From an uncultured Methanolobus sp. (GTDB lineage Archaea > Halobacteriota > Methanosarcinia > Methanosarcinales > Methanosarcinaceae), in assembly GCA_963675495.1 (NCBI GenBank), contig OY776215.1, forward strand, positions 1,504,001 through 1,568,000: a DNA stretch of 64,000 nt. Direction: 5' to 3'. Both the position numbers and the translations under genes were made by a program. The stretch's first letter is position 1, and each line of letters begins with the position of its first letter. Positions 9,624-20,110 of this stretch are shown here, in pieces. The notes under the pieces were generated by a model that made no database searches, was not told the origin of the DNA, and saw only the letters and a program-made list of their open reading frames with translations.

Positions 9624-10295
9624 TCAAAGAATCAATACTTTTGTAGAAGGGGACTTTTGTGTGACCATATCTATGAATTCATCAGGGCTTGAGCCATCAA
9701 AAACATCCGGATCATAAACCATTGGCACCACATTCTTCGGAGAAAGCAGTGATAATGCATTAGCCGCCTTAACTTCATCCATAACATCATGACCACTAAT
9801 TGGCAAAAATGCAATATCAGGACTAGTTTGTTCCATTTCTGGAACCGCACATGTATGTCCTGCATGATATATCTTCAAACCTGCGAATACAAAGAAGTAG
9901 CCAACGCCATCCCCGGAAGAACTGCTTCCATCACAGGATTCATATGCAGGGACAACCTCGATGTCCACACCCTTAATATTTAGTTCCCCGACAAGGGAAT
10001 CGCCCCCAATGACCCTTCTTGCATCCCCCCTGAACTGTAAACTCATTTTCTCAGGAATTAAAGTGGTGCAGTCGAATTTACGGACGTTACGAATAGATTC
10101 CGGATCACAATGCCCGAAGTGTTCATGCGTGATAAGGAGTAAATCTGCCATATCTTCTTCAGGAACTCTCGCGGATATATTAGTCGGATCTATGTAAACA
10201 ACCATATCATTCCCTTTTATCATAAAACCAGAGTTACCCAACCATTTGATTAAAACGCCATCAATTATTATACTATTCAAAATATCACACCTCAA
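9624..10295 (-). CDS. Metallo-beta-lactamase-fold protein (UPF0173/UlaG-like) with degenerate metal ligands
   Basis: IKWLGNSGF, YIDP, THEHFGH, YHAGHT; start codon uncertain. Confidence 0.8.
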   Translation of the reverse strand: MRCDILNSIIIDGVLIKWLGNSGFMIKGNDMVVYIDPTNISARVPEEDMADLLLITHEHFGHCDPESIRNVRKFDCTTLIPEKMSLQFRGDARRVIGGDSLVGELNIKGVDIEVVPAYESCDGSSSSGDGVGYFFVFAGLKIYHAGHTCAVPEMEQTSPDIAFLPISGHDVMDEVKAANALSLLSPKNVVPMVYDPDVFDGSSPDEFIDMVTQKSPSTKVLIL

Positions 10296-10458
10296 ATTAG
10301 TAAGCTAATACCTGAAATCTCATTTCTAAATACCAGATGACAACATAATAGGCATTAAAACTACTGAAAGAAACAAGAATACAAAGACAGGAAAAAGTAG
10401 TAGATATATAGAGGAATGGGAAAATGGAAAGTACACCAGAAAATCAGATGATGAGAAC

Positions 10459-11862
10459 ATGACAGATAAAAAGATCAATATACTTTGCTCAATTGTAGAC
10501 AGAGCCAGCCAGAATATAAAGGAGCATTTGCTTCTGAACGAACAATGGAAACAAGTCGATGAACTCCCTGATAATTGGGAAAATCTTGAATCCGTATATG
10601 AAAATCCAAATTATAGAATCATAGATATTAAAGAACATCATATCTATCAGGATAGAATCGATGAAAAAATGAAATCTTTTGGGTTTGAGACCGACTTAAT
10701 AATAGTAGCCTCAAAGCATAAGAGCAACGATGGAAGGTCAGTACTTACAGCGCATTTCACAGGAAACCCAAATGATGCAGATTTCGGAGGGAGGCCACGG
10801 GAACTGTCAATTCCTGCACCTCAAATTATGCGATCCATACTAAATAACATGGAACAAATGGCAAAAAGCACACATTATTCTATCAACATGGAGTCAACCC
10901 ATCATGGTCCAACTGATATAAGAACGCCAATGGTATACGCAGAGATCGGCAGCGCAGAAGAACAATGGGCAGACCCTGTTGCAGGAGATATTGCCGCAAA
11001 AGCCATACTAAAAGCACGCCCCGAAGAAGTACCTGTTGCCATTGGCCTTGGAGGAGGACACTATGCTTCAAGACAAACAGAGCTCATACTGGAAACAGAA
11101 GTAACATTCGGACATAATTTTCCAGATTACCAATTACCCTATGTAGACAAAAATATGCTTTTGCAAGCCTATGAAAAATCAAAAGCAAATTTCGTTTATT
11201 TTGACAGGAAATCAATGAGTTCCAAGGAAAGAGAAAGACTTTACGAAATCGTAGAAGAACTTGGATACATACACCTAAGAGAAAGTGAAATCAGAGAAAT
11301 AAAAAGGACTCCATGGAAACTTTTCATTAAGATTAAAAAAGTGTGCGATGAATTATGCCCGGAAGGAAAAATGAAGATCAATGGGCCCTCCAGAGAAGCA
11401 TTTGAAAACATATATGTATCCATCGAAAATGAGGAGGATGTAGAACTAGCCACATGTATGATCAATGAAGGACTTCTCAAGGAAAGCATGAATGCCGACA
11501 GGGATAAAACAATATTTGCGTTTGATCAATATGCCCCCATATATATTGAGAGGAAGAACGGGACGATATCAAATTACATACTGGGAATAGGCGAAGATAC
11601 TAAAACTGCTATGCAGAACGTCACAAATGAATGCATTAAAATACTAAAAGAGCATTATGAAATTAAATATATTCTTGATGAGAATATACTATACATAATA
11701 AGTAATAAATTCGATCCAAAAGCAGCAAAAGAATTTGGTATCTCTCCAGGACCACTGATGGGAGAACTGGCAAAAGGGAAATCTATTGTTGTGGAAGGAA
11801 GGACGATCGAGCCAGAAATGGTACACAAAAGGAAAATTAAGAAGATCCTACTGTCCAATTAG
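10459..11862 (+). CDS. dtdA: D-aminoacyl-tRNA deacylase (archaeal DTD2) with C-terminal extension
   Basis: SKHKS, LTAHFTGN, ESTHHGPT, AEIGS, GGGHY; sits upstream of ftsZ. Confidence 0.9.
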   Translation: MTDKKINILCSIVDRASQNIKEHLLLNEQWKQVDELPDNWENLESVYENPNYRIIDIKEHHIYQDRIDEKMKSFGFETDLIIVASKHKSNDGRSVLTAHFTGNPNDADFGGRPRELSIPAPQIMRSILNNMEQMAKSTHYSINMESTHHGPTDIRTPMVYAEIGSAEEQWADPVAGDIAAKAILKARPEEVPVAIGLGGGHYASRQTELILETEVTFGHNFPDYQLPYVDKNMLLQAYEKSKANFVYFDRKSMSSKERERLYEIVEELGYIHLRESEIREIKRTPWKLFIKIKKVCDELCPEGKMKINGPSREAFENIYVSIENEEDVELATCMINEGLLKESMNADRDKTIFAFDQYAPIYIERKNGTISNYILGIGEDTKTAMQNVTNECIKILKEHYEIKYILDENILYIISNKFDPKAAKEFGISPGPLMGELAKGKSIVVEGRTIEPEMVHKRKIKKILLSN

Positions 11863-11919
11863 ATGTAAATGATCATACCTGTAATCCAATATACGATTTT
11901 CATTTGAGGGAGAAAAAGA

Positions 11920-13029
11920 ATGAGATCCATAGTAGAAGAGGCACTGGCAAGATCTGAACAGGAAGCACGCGTTCGCAGTTCAGACACTAACCCAATGCAA
12001 AAAGACATAGATGCAGAATTAGAGGAGATGTTACGCCAATTACACACCAATATAAAAGTAATTGGTTGTGGCGGTGGCGGTTCAAATAGTGCACAAAGAA
12101 TGGTAGAAGAAGGAATAAAGGGTGCAGAATTCATTGCTGTAAATACAGACGCACAACACCTCCTGACCATAAGAACAGACCAGAAGATCCTCATTGGCAA
12201 GAAAAAGACAAGAGGTCTTGGAGCAGGCAGTCTTCCTCAGATAGGAGAAGATGCAGCTCTTGAAAGTGTGGATGAGATTGCTGCAGTAGTCAGTGGTAGC
12301 GATATGGTATTCATTACATGCGGTCTTGGCGGAGGAACCGGGACTGGTTCAGCCCCAATTGTAGCCGAAGCTGCAAGAGATGCAGGAGCACTTACCATTG
12401 CAGTGGTGACTTTGCCATTCAGCGTCGAAGGACAGGTAAGAAGAACAAATGCAGAAGCAGGTCTTGAAAGATTAAGAGAGGTAGCGGATACCGTTATAGT
12501 CGTTCCAAATGACAAGCTTCTCGAAGTAGTTCCAAGACTTCCACTGGCGGCAGCTTTTAAAGTATCAGATGAAGTTCTGATGCGAGCAGTTAAAGGAATA
12601 ACCGAGCTCATCACAAAACCAGGACTTGTAAACCTTGACTTTGCAGATGTAAGAACTGTCATGCAGAATGGTGGTGTTGCCATGATAGGCCTTGGAGAAG
12701 CAGAGGGTGAACTAAAGGCTGTTGAATCCGTACAGAAGGCACTTCGTAGTCCACTTCTGGACGTAGACATATCAGGAGCAACATCCGCACTTGTCAATGT
12801 GATCGGAGGGCCTGACATGACAATTGCCGAAGCAGAGAGTGTTGTACAGGAAGTATATAGCAGAATTGATCCGGAAGCAAGGCTCATATGGGGAGCACAG
12901 GTCAATGACGAACTCGAGCATACCGTGCGCACCATGATTGTTGTGACAGGTGTCAAATCCCCCCAGATATATGGACACGGTGGAGCTAAAACAGTAACGA
13001 GAAAATACGGAATCGATTTCGTAAAATAG
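11920..13029 (+). CDS. ftsZ: Cell division protein FtsZ (FtsZ1 type)
   Basis: [24 protein letters not shown]. Confidence 0.97.
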   Translation: MRSIVEEALARSEQEARVRSSDTNPMQKDIDAELEEMLRQLHTNIKVIGCGGGGSNSAQRMVEEGIKGAEFIAVNTDAQHLLTIRTDQKILIGKKKTRGLGAGSLPQIGEDAALESVDEIAAVVSGSDMVFITCGLGGGTGTGSAPIVAEAARDAGALTIAVVTLPFSVEGQVRRTNAEAGLERLREVADTVIVVPNDKLLEVVPRLPLAAAFKVSDEVLMRAVKGITELITKPGLVNLDFADVRTVMQNGGVAMIGLGEAEGELKAVESVQKALRSPLLDVDISGATSALVNVIGGPDMTIAEAESVVQEVYSRIDPEARLIWGAQVNDELEHTVRTMIVVTGVKSPQIYGHGGAKTVTRKYGIDFVK

Positions 13030-13208
13030 AATTCTTTTTTTTAACAAATGCCTTTTGATCGGATTACATATTAGTACAATCCAATCGAAAGGTATTTTAT
13101 TAAAGACGTAGTGTAAATGGCGCTACATATAGCAGACAATAAGTTCTGATATAGTTAACATGAAATATACACAGGCATATTATCGATCATAACCGGTTGT
13201 GAAGAACT

Positions 13209-13421
13209 TTGGCAGAAGATTCATTTGATCTAAGTAAAATCAATAGCACTAGCATAAACCAATCCTTGAAAACATATTTAAGGGTCCTCAAACTTACAAA
13301 GAAACCATCCAGAGAGGAATTTCTAACCATAGCTAAGGTTGCTGGGCTTGGAATTCTTGCAATTGGGGTTGTCGGGTTCCTTATATATGTGTTATTGGTA
13401 GAGATGCCGCAATGGGTGTAA
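13209..13421 (+). CDS. secE: Protein translocase subunit SecE/Sec61-gamma
   Basis: YLRVLKLTKKPSREEF followed by a TM helix; TTG start. Confidence 0.93.
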   Translation: MAEDSFDLSKINSTSINQSLKTYLRVLKLTKKPSREEFLTIAKVAGLGILAIGVVGFLIYVLLVEMPQWV

Positions 13422-13423
13422 TC

Positions 13424-13891
13424 ATGACCACTGAGTCTGTGATATTCGTAGTAAAGACAACTGCGAATCAGGAACGTTCGGTCGCAAATATGATAACACA
13501 GGTTGCAAGGAAAGAACACCTGGACATCAGAGCAATCCTTGCCCCTGATGAACTGAAAGGATATGTGCTTATAGAGGGAACTAACCCTGGAGATGTCGAG
13601 CAGGCCATACAGACTGTACCCCATGCCAGGGCATTAGTAAAAGGACAATCCTCTATAGAAGAAATATCACATTTCCTTACACCAAAACCAACGGTGACCG
13701 GAATATCAGAAGGTGCGATAATCGAGATCACGTCAGGCCCATTCAAGGGTGAAAAAGCTCGCGTGAAGAGGGTCGACGAAGGTCATGAGGAAATAACTGT
13801 AGAGTTGTTCGATGCAGTTGTACCGATACCTATAACTATTCGCGGAGATACTGTAAGAGTCCTCAGGAAAGATGAAGAAAGAAATTCCTGA
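13424..13891 (+). CDS. spt5: Transcription elongation factor Spt5 (NusG)
   Basis: VKTTANQE NGN domain; KOW GPFKGEKARV. Confidence 0.95.
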   Translation: MTTESVIFVVKTTANQERSVANMITQVARKEHLDIRAILAPDELKGYVLIEGTNPGDVEQAIQTVPHARALVKGQSSIEEISHFLTPKPTVTGISEGAIIEITSGPFKGEKARVKRVDEGHEEITVELFDAVVPIPITIRGDTVRVLRKDEERNS

Positions 13892-13926
13892 TATTAATAT
13901 TTATTCAATTCAATGGTGATATTCAA

Positions 13927-14412
13927 ATGGCAAATGTTGTTGAAGCATTGGTCCCAGGAGGAAAAGCAAACCCAGGACCTCCACTTGGTCCAGCCTTGGG
14001 TCCTCTTGGAATTAACATAAAAGACGTGATCGACAAGATCAACGAGAAGACAAAAGATTACAATGGGATGCAAGTCCCTGTAAAAGTAATAGTTGCAGAC
14101 GATAAGAGTTTTGAGATAGAAGTCGGAACTCCGCCAACGTCAGCACTTATACTCCAGGAAGTCGGAATCCAAAAAGGATCAGGAGAACCAAACACAGTGA
14201 TCGTAGGAGATCTTACGATTCCCCAGGCAGCAAAAGTTGCTCGCATGAAAAAGGATGATATCCTTTCATACGACTTGAAAGCTGCTGTGAAAGAAGTGCT
14301 TGGATCCTGCGTCCCAATGGGAATTACAGCTGAAGGTATGCCTCCAAAGGAATGCCAGAAAGCTATCGACGATGGGAAATATGACGATGTGCTGGCACAG
14401 GAAGCATGGTAA
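13927..14412 (+). CDS. rpl11: 50S ribosomal protein L11
   Basis: GGKANPGPPLGPALGP. Confidence 0.97.
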   Translation: MANVVEALVPGGKANPGPPLGPALGPLGINIKDVIDKINEKTKDYNGMQVPVKVIVADDKSFEIEVGTPPTSALILQEVGIQKGSGEPNTVIVGDLTIPQAAKVARMKKDDILSYDLKAAVKEVLGSCVPMGITAEGMPPKECQKAIDDGKYDDVLAQEAW

Positions 14413-14515
14413 ATTCCATGCTTTAACCAATAAGTTTAAAATAAATATATAATATTGGTGTGCCCACTATCAGAGAAAGAGTAAAGATCCCTAAGATCTA
14501 AGACTCTAAACACAG

Positions 14516-14570
14516 CCGTAGTAGACCGAAGCGGTCCTGCCTGAACATTATGTTCGACACTACGGGAGGT
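14516..14570 (+). promoter_or_regulatory. Structured 5' leader of rpl1-rpl10-rpl12 (putative autoregulatory element)
   Basis: CCGTAGT/ACTACGG stem enclosing two hairpins and abutting the SD GGGAGGT. Confidence 0.5.
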
Positions 14571-14575
14571 AAAGA

Positions 14576-15217
14576 ATGGCAGATGAAAGCGTAATAGAAG
14601 CTATAGAAAAGTTATTAGCGGAGTCACCTGAGAGAAAATTCTCAGAAAGTATTGATTTGGCTATAAACTTAAAGAATCTGGACATGAGTCAGCCTAAAAA
14701 CCGTGTTGATGAAGAAATATTACTTCCACACGGTCTTGGAAAAGACCTTAAGATCGCAGTCTTTGCGAAAGGTGAGGTTGGACTCCAGGCTAAAGAAGCT
14801 GGCGCAGAATATGTCTTTTCCGAAGAAGAACTCGCTGAGATCGGAGGAGACAAATCACGTGCAAGAACACTTGCAAACGAATGTGATTTTTTCGTTGCAG
14901 AAGTCCAGTACATGGCACAGATCGGTAAAAATCTTGGTGCAATTTTAGGTCCAAGAGGAAAGATGCCAACTCCATTGCCACCAGGAAAGAACGTGGCAGA
15001 TCTTATCAACAGTGCAAGAAGCTCAATAAGAGTAAGATCAAAGGATAAGCTCACATTCCACGTATCTGTTGGCCGCAGGGACATGGAAATCCAGAAACTA
15101 GCAGGTAACATTGAAACAGTTCTTTCAAGAGTTGAACATTCACTCGAAAAAGGCAAGCATAATATTAAAGCTATTTATGTTACATCCACAATGGGTAAAT
15201 CAGTGAGGGTGCTATAA
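14576..15217 (+). CDS. rpl1: 50S ribosomal protein L1
   Basis: RKFSESIDLAINLK, LGPRGKMP, TSTMG. Confidence 0.97.
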   Translation: MADESVIEAIEKLLAESPERKFSESIDLAINLKNLDMSQPKNRVDEEILLPHGLGKDLKIAVFAKGEVGLQAKEAGAEYVFSEEELAEIGGDKSRARTLANECDFFVAEVQYMAQIGKNLGAILGPRGKMPTPLPPGKNVADLINSARSSIRVRSKDKLTFHVSVGRRDMEIQKLAGNIETVLSRVEHSLEKGKHNIKAIYVTSTMGKSVRVL

Positions 15218-16239
15218 TGGAAGAAGACCACCATACAAGCCACATCCCACAGTGGAAGAAAGATGAAGTTGAGGAAATAAAGAAACTCATCAAACAATAC
15301 CCGATATTTGGTGTCGTAGGTATTGGAGGAATTCCTGCAAAGCAACTTCAAAAAATGAGAAGGGACCTTAAAGACAGTGCTGTTTTGAAAGTCTCCAGGA
15401 ACACCCTGATCAGAAGAGCACTCGAAGAGTCCGGTGAAGTAAAGGAAATGGATCAGTACGTTGATGTACAGACCGCCCTCATATTTACCGAACAGAACCC
15501 TTTCAAGTTATACAAATCACTTGAAAAGAGCAAAAGCCCTTCCCCTATCAAAGCAGGTGCAATTGCACCACGCGATATCATCGTCGAAAAGGGACCAACA
15601 TCATTCCCACCTGGCCCAATCCTTGGAGAGATGCAGGCTGCAGGAATACCTGCGGCGATCGACAAGGGTTCAGTTGTAATAAAAGAAACAAAAACCGTTG
15701 CAAAGGAAGGAGAAGCAGTTTCTCAGAAACTTGCATCAATGCTTACAAGACTTGAGATCTACCCAACGGAAGTAGGCCTTGACTTGAGGGCAGTTCTTGA
15801 AAACGGTTTGTCTTTTACACCAGATGTACTGGCTATTGACGAAGATAAATACTTCTCAGATATCGTGCTGGCAACACAGCAGGCATTCAACATGTCAGTG
15901 TTCGCAGCATACCCAACTTCAGACAACATAAAGACACTCATTGCAAAGGCAGCAACAGAGTCACGCAACCTCGGTGTCAATGCAGTTGTTCTGGAACCAG
16001 GAGTAATCGACGCATTGCTTGGAAAAGCGCAGTCACAAATGCTTTCAGTTGCATCAGCAGCTTCTGCTAATAATGAAGAAGCAATGGATGATGAACTGAA
16101 GGAAGCACTTGGTGCAGCCGCATCAGCAGCAGTAGTCACAACAGCACCTGAAGAGGAAGTTGTTGAAGAGAAGGAAGAGGAAGAAGAAGAGGCAGCAGAA
16201 GAGGACGGCATGGCCGGTCTTGGAGCACTTTTCGGATGA
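15217..16239 (+). CDS. rpl10: 50S ribosomal protein L10 (P0)
   Basis: IPQWKK, GPTSFPPGP, acidic tail ending GLGALFG. Confidence 0.97.
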   Translation: MEEDHHTSHIPQWKKDEVEEIKKLIKQYPIFGVVGIGGIPAKQLQKMRRDLKDSAVLKVSRNTLIRRALEESGEVKEMDQYVDVQTALIFTEQNPFKLYKSLEKSKSPSPIKAGAIAPRDIIVEKGPTSFPPGPILGEMQAAGIPAAIDKGSVVIKETKTVAKEGEAVSQKLASMLTRLEIYPTEVGLDLRAVLENGLSFTPDVLAIDEDKYFSDIVLATQQAFNMSVFAAYPTSDNIKTLIAKAATESRNLGVNAVVLEPGVIDALLGKAQSQMLSVASAASANNEEAMDDELKEALGAAASAAVVTTAPEEEVVEEKEEEEEEAAEEDGMAGLGALFG

Positions 16240-16293
16240 TCAGGATTTACAAACTACAATATTTACATTTGATAAAATAAAAGGTGATATTAC

Positions 16294-16602
16294 ATGGAAT
16301 ACATATATGCAGCACTTTTACTGTTTAAAGCAGGTAAAGACGTAACAGAAGAAGCAGTTACTGCCGTACTTCAGGCAGCAGGCGTAGAAGTCAATGATGC
16401 ACGTGCAAAAGCACTTGTCGCAGCTCTGGATGGCGTAGACATCGAAGAAGCAATGGCAACCGCAGCAGTCGCAGCAGCACCAGCAGCAAGTGCAGCACCA
16501 GCAGCAGCAGCAGCTCCTGCAGAAGAAGAAGCTCCTGCAGAAGAAGAAGCAGAAGAAGCAGAAGAGAGCGGCATGGCCGGTCTTGGAGCACTTTTCGGAT
16601 AA
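16294..16602 (+). CDS. rpl12: 50S ribosomal protein L12 (P1)
   Basis: [10 protein letters not shown], Ala/Glu hinge, GLGALFG. Confidence 0.97.
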   Translation: MEYIYAALLLFKAGKDVTEEAVTAVLQAAGVEVNDARAKALVAALDGVDIEEAMATAAVAAAPAASAAPAAAAAPAEEEAPAEEEAEEAEESGMAGLGALFG

Positions 16603-16612
16603 ATATAGATAT

Positions 16613-16646
16613 TGTCCGCCACCTAGGCGGACACACCTTCTTTTTT
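16613..16646 (+). terminator. Stem-loop plus T-tract after rpl12
   Basis: tgtccgcc-accta-ggcggaca followed by a T run. Confidence 0.6.
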
Positions 16647-17283
16647 AATCAGCTTTTTTGAAAAGCTGGCACTTAACATAAGATTTTAAGTAAACCTCTT
16701 TTTCAAGAAGAAGCTTGTTATCCCCACAAATATCAGGGTAATGATTATTCCAGCTATCAGCATTTTCCTTGAACATAAAAAAAGGAAGCATCATTACAGT
16801 ATCCACCCCAACAAGCGGTTTTGCGCAATCCACAATTGCAAAATGGGCATTGTTCTTCAATACACGAGATACTTCCTTGATTGCACCCTTACGTACATCA
16901 GCAGTAGTTTCACAAAAAGCCACTGAAGTCACAACGATGTCAAATACTTCGTTTGTAAATGGCAGCATATCCATAGAACCTTTATAGAGATTCAGAGGTA
17001 CACCTGCGTTCTCCGCTTTATCAATTGCATACCCTAACTGCACACTGGAAAGATCCAGACCATGCACTTCTATATCCCCATCCATAAGCTGTGAGATTGC
17101 AATACCCACGGACTCCGTCCCACACCCTAGATCAAGTACAGAAATTCCCTTCTTCAGAGGAAGAGCAGATGCTACCTGCTCATAATAAGAGTGTCCAAAA
17201 CCAAGAATTGTAGCAAAAAAATCGTAGTGTTTTCCCCCAAAGAACCAACCGAAATTATTTCCTTTTTTATGATTGATCTCCAA
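16645..17283 (-). CDS. Class I SAM-dependent methyltransferase (UbiE/MenG-like)
   Basis: VLDLGCGT, GLDLS, LPF..FDIV, EVSRVLK; TTG start. Confidence 0.85.
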   Translation of the reverse strand: MEINHKKGNNFGWFFGGKHYDFFATILGFGHSYYEQVASALPLKKGISVLDLGCGTESVGIAISQLMDGDIEVHGLDLSSVQLGYAIDKAENAGVPLNLYKGSMDMLPFTNEVFDIVVTSVAFCETTADVRKGAIKEVSRVLKNNAHFAIVDCAKPLVGVDTVMMLPFFMFKENADSWNNHYPDICGDNKLLLEKEVYLKSYVKCQLFKKAD

Positions 17284-17382
17284 ACCCCCCGGTTTAAGAC
17301 ATTAGTAGATTCAGCATACTTATTTTACGAAAATGGCTGTCAATAATAATTTTTTAATTAACAAATTACCATTAAACGCATT

Positions 17383-19014
17383 CTAAGACCTCTTCAGGAA
17401 CATCACCCCGAAGAGAAAGATTGCACTGGTGAAACCTAAAACACCCATCGTTGGCAGATAACCTTCACCATTTACAGCCAGATATGAAGACGATATAAGG
17501 ATAGACAGCAGGAAAACGTACTTCGTGATAGAATCTATGGTCCTGTACTTTCTTATATCATCTGTCTTCTTTTCAAACCTTTCTATCCGGTAACCCCTGA
17601 TAGTTTCAATAACATCATTTACACCCTCAGGAAGATTCTTCACTATCTCCAGATACCTGTCTCCTTCAAGTTGTAAGTATTCGAATGCCTCGAAAGGTGA
17701 ATAACGCTTGATCAAAACCCTGGTGATAACTGGTTTTGCATTTTCAAGCAGATTGAATCTGGGATCGAGTTCAAGACAGTTAGCCTCTATAAGAATCAAG
17801 GCCCTTTCAAGCGTTGAGAACTCACTTGGAAGAGACAAATTATAGTTCAATGCCAGAGTCGCGTAATTATCACTCTGTCTTTCACCGGCCGAGTAGTTCT
17901 GTTTTGATATTATATCATCAAGGTCTATCTTAAAGCGACGGACATCGATGTCTTCCTTATTGATACCGGTTATTTTCAAAAATGACTCGAAAACAACATC
18001 AACCCTTTTCTTGTAAATGCCATAGAAAAGATTCAGCATGTTACGACGCAATGCATCATCGATATTACCTACTGCTCCAAAGTCTATGTAGGCAATACCA
18101 TCTTCCTGAATTATTATATTGGAACTATGAGGATCGGCATGGTAGAAACCATCAAGGTAGACCTGTTTCAGATAACTGGTACTAATTATCTTTGCATACC
18201 ACATTTTCTTATCGGCAGATACCTCTGAAAGCTTTCTGATGGTGACACCTTCCATGTAATCCATGACCAGAACATTCTCACTGGAATAATCATCATAGAC
18301 ATTCGGGACATGCACCTCTTTTACATCTGCAAAGTTCTCCTGGAAACGTTTGATGTTCCTTGCTTCATTGCTAAGGTCAAGCTCACGATTCAGCAGGTCC
18401 CTGAATTCATAAAGGAACGCATCTATATCGAAATTACTCCCAAGACCAATGGCCTTTACGATAATAGATTTCAGGTCATTGAGTATAGCAAGGTCAAGGT
18501 TGATAGTGTCTATCAGATTTGGTCTCGTTATCTTTACAGCAACTTTCTTTCCGTCAAGCACAGCTTCATAGACCTGGGCAATTGAAGCACATGCCAGTGG
18601 TTCGGTGTTGAATTCATCGAATATCTCAAGTATATCGAAGTCTGATTTTTCAAGACCTTCAGATGATTCATTCTCCCCAATACTACAGCTGAACCCTTCG
18701 AATGCCACTTTCATCACATCAAATTCTAGTGGATTAACATTGTCCTGAAGGTTTCCAAGCTCCTCAATATAGATGCCAGGAACGATATCCGGTCTTTTGC
18801 TCAATATCTGTCCGAGTTTTATGAATGTAGGTCCGAGCTCTTCCAGGGCTTTCCTGAGTTTCACTGCTTTTTCCCTGTTTTTAATATCCACACCGCAAGG
18901 AGTTCTCCTGTTAGAAACATAATATTTATTGACCTCACTGTATAGAAGACTGAATAGGTTATACTTTGAAAATACCCTGAAAATAGTAATGTATCTGTGG
19001 ATTTTCCTGAACAT
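17383..19014 (-). CDS. ABC1/AarF/UbiB-family atypical kinase with C-terminal TM helices
   Basis: LGPTFIKLGQ, ASIAQVY, VAVK, HADPHSSN, IDFGAVG. Confidence 0.92.
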   Translation of the reverse strand: MFRKIHRYITIFRVFSKYNLFSLLYSEVNKYYVSNRRTPCGVDIKNREKAVKLRKALEELGPTFIKLGQILSKRPDIVPGIYIEELGNLQDNVNPLEFDVMKVAFEGFSCSIGENESSEGLEKSDFDILEIFDEFNTEPLACASIAQVYEAVLDGKKVAVKITRPNLIDTINLDLAILNDLKSIIVKAIGLGSNFDIDAFLYEFRDLLNRELDLSNEARNIKRFQENFADVKEVHVPNVYDDYSSENVLVMDYMEGVTIRKLSEVSADKKMWYAKIISTSYLKQVYLDGFYHADPHSSNIIIQEDGIAYIDFGAVGNIDDALRRNMLNLFYGIYKKRVDVVFESFLKITGINKEDIDVRRFKIDLDDIISKQNYSAGERQSDNYATLALNYNLSLPSEFSTLERALILIEANCLELDPRFNLLENAKPVITRVLIKRYSPFEAFEYLQLEGDRYLEIVKNLPEGVNDVIETIRGYRIERFEKKTDDIRKYRTIDSITKYVFLLSILISSSYLAVNGEGYLPTMGVLGFTSAIFLFGVMFLKRS

Positions 19015-19252
19015 CAGTACTATGTTTGTCCTGTTAGTAGATATAGATTGGTGTCATTCTAATAATTCTTCTTTTCATGTAGTAGCAAGATGATTTATTA
19101 TTCCAAAAAATCAACAAATCCCGTGAAATAAAAAAATATGCAAGTTTGGTAACACTAAACAAGTATTTATAACAGGATTCTTATGTAGAATGAAAACTTT
19201 CCCTGTCAAAAACAGGCTTTTTGGCCGGTTGTAAAATCAGCGTGTGACTATA

Positions 19253-20098
19253 ATGACTGAAAAACCTATCGTCCAGCTAAAAGGAGTATCCTATTTCTAC
19301 GCAAGCAGCAAGACAAAAGCTCTTAATGACATTGATCTTGATATTTATCCCGGAAAAAAGATAGCCATCCTTGGAGCAAACGGAGCAGGCAAATCAACAA
19401 TTTTCAAACATCTCAATGGCATACTCAAGCCTACATCCGGTGAGGTGCTTGTGAAAGGAGAGCCCATTTCGAAGAAAAACATTAGAAGCGTCCGTCAGAC
19501 TGTAGGAATCGTATTTCAGAACCCCGATGACCAGATACTTGCACCTACCATTGAGCAGGACGTGGCATTCGGCCCCATAAACATGGGACTTGACGAAGAA
19601 GAGGTTGAAAGAAGAGTAAAGAAAGCACTTGAACTTGTAAACCTTTCCGGGTTCGAAGAACGTTCACCACACCATCTCAGCGGAGGACAGAAAAAACTCG
19701 TCGCCATTGCAGGAGTACTGGCAATGCAGCCGGAAGTGGTCGTACTGGATGAGCCAACCGCCGGATTAGACCCTTTAAGCGCTGAGAATATAATGAAAAT
19801 CATAGACGGCATGAATAAGAAATTCGGGATAACAGTCATCCTTTCAACCCATGACGTTGACATAGTTCCTCTTTTTGCAGATATCGTATACATCATGCAC
19901 CACGGAAGAATAGAAGCCAGTGGTACTGCCAGGGAAATATTCAAAAACCATGAAGTACTCGAAAATGCGCACTTAAGGATGCCAAGAATAGCAGAAGTAT
20001 TCGAACTATTGCAGGAATCCGGGCTGGACGCAGACATAAAGATAACACCCCGGGATGCCAGGGATGAGATCATACGACTGGTAGAAAATAATAACTAG
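19253..20098 (+). CDS. cbiO: Co/Ni ECF transporter ATPase (CbiO/NikO)
   Basis: GANGAGKS, FQNPDDQ, LSGGQKK, LDEPT. Confidence 0.9.
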   Translation: MTEKPIVQLKGVSYFYASSKTKALNDIDLDIYPGKKIAILGANGAGKSTIFKHLNGILKPTSGEVLVKGEPISKKNIRSVRQTVGIVFQNPDDQILAPTIEQDVAFGPINMGLDEEEVERRVKKALELVNLSGFEERSPHHLSGGQKKLVAIAGVLAMQPEVVVLDEPTAGLDPLSAENIMKIIDGMNKKFGITVILSTHDVDIVPLFADIVYIMHHGRIEASGTAREIFKNHEVLENAHLRMPRIAEVFELLQESGLDADIKITPRDARDEIIRLVENNN

Positions 20099-20110
20099 AA
20101 AGGTCCACCC

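Noticed and set aside
16206-16600. Identical ~32-nt sequence at the ends of rpl10 and rpl12, and GCA/GAA repeats
   Set aside because: This is the well-known shared stalk C-terminus ([10 protein letters not shown]) and the Ala/Glu hinge.
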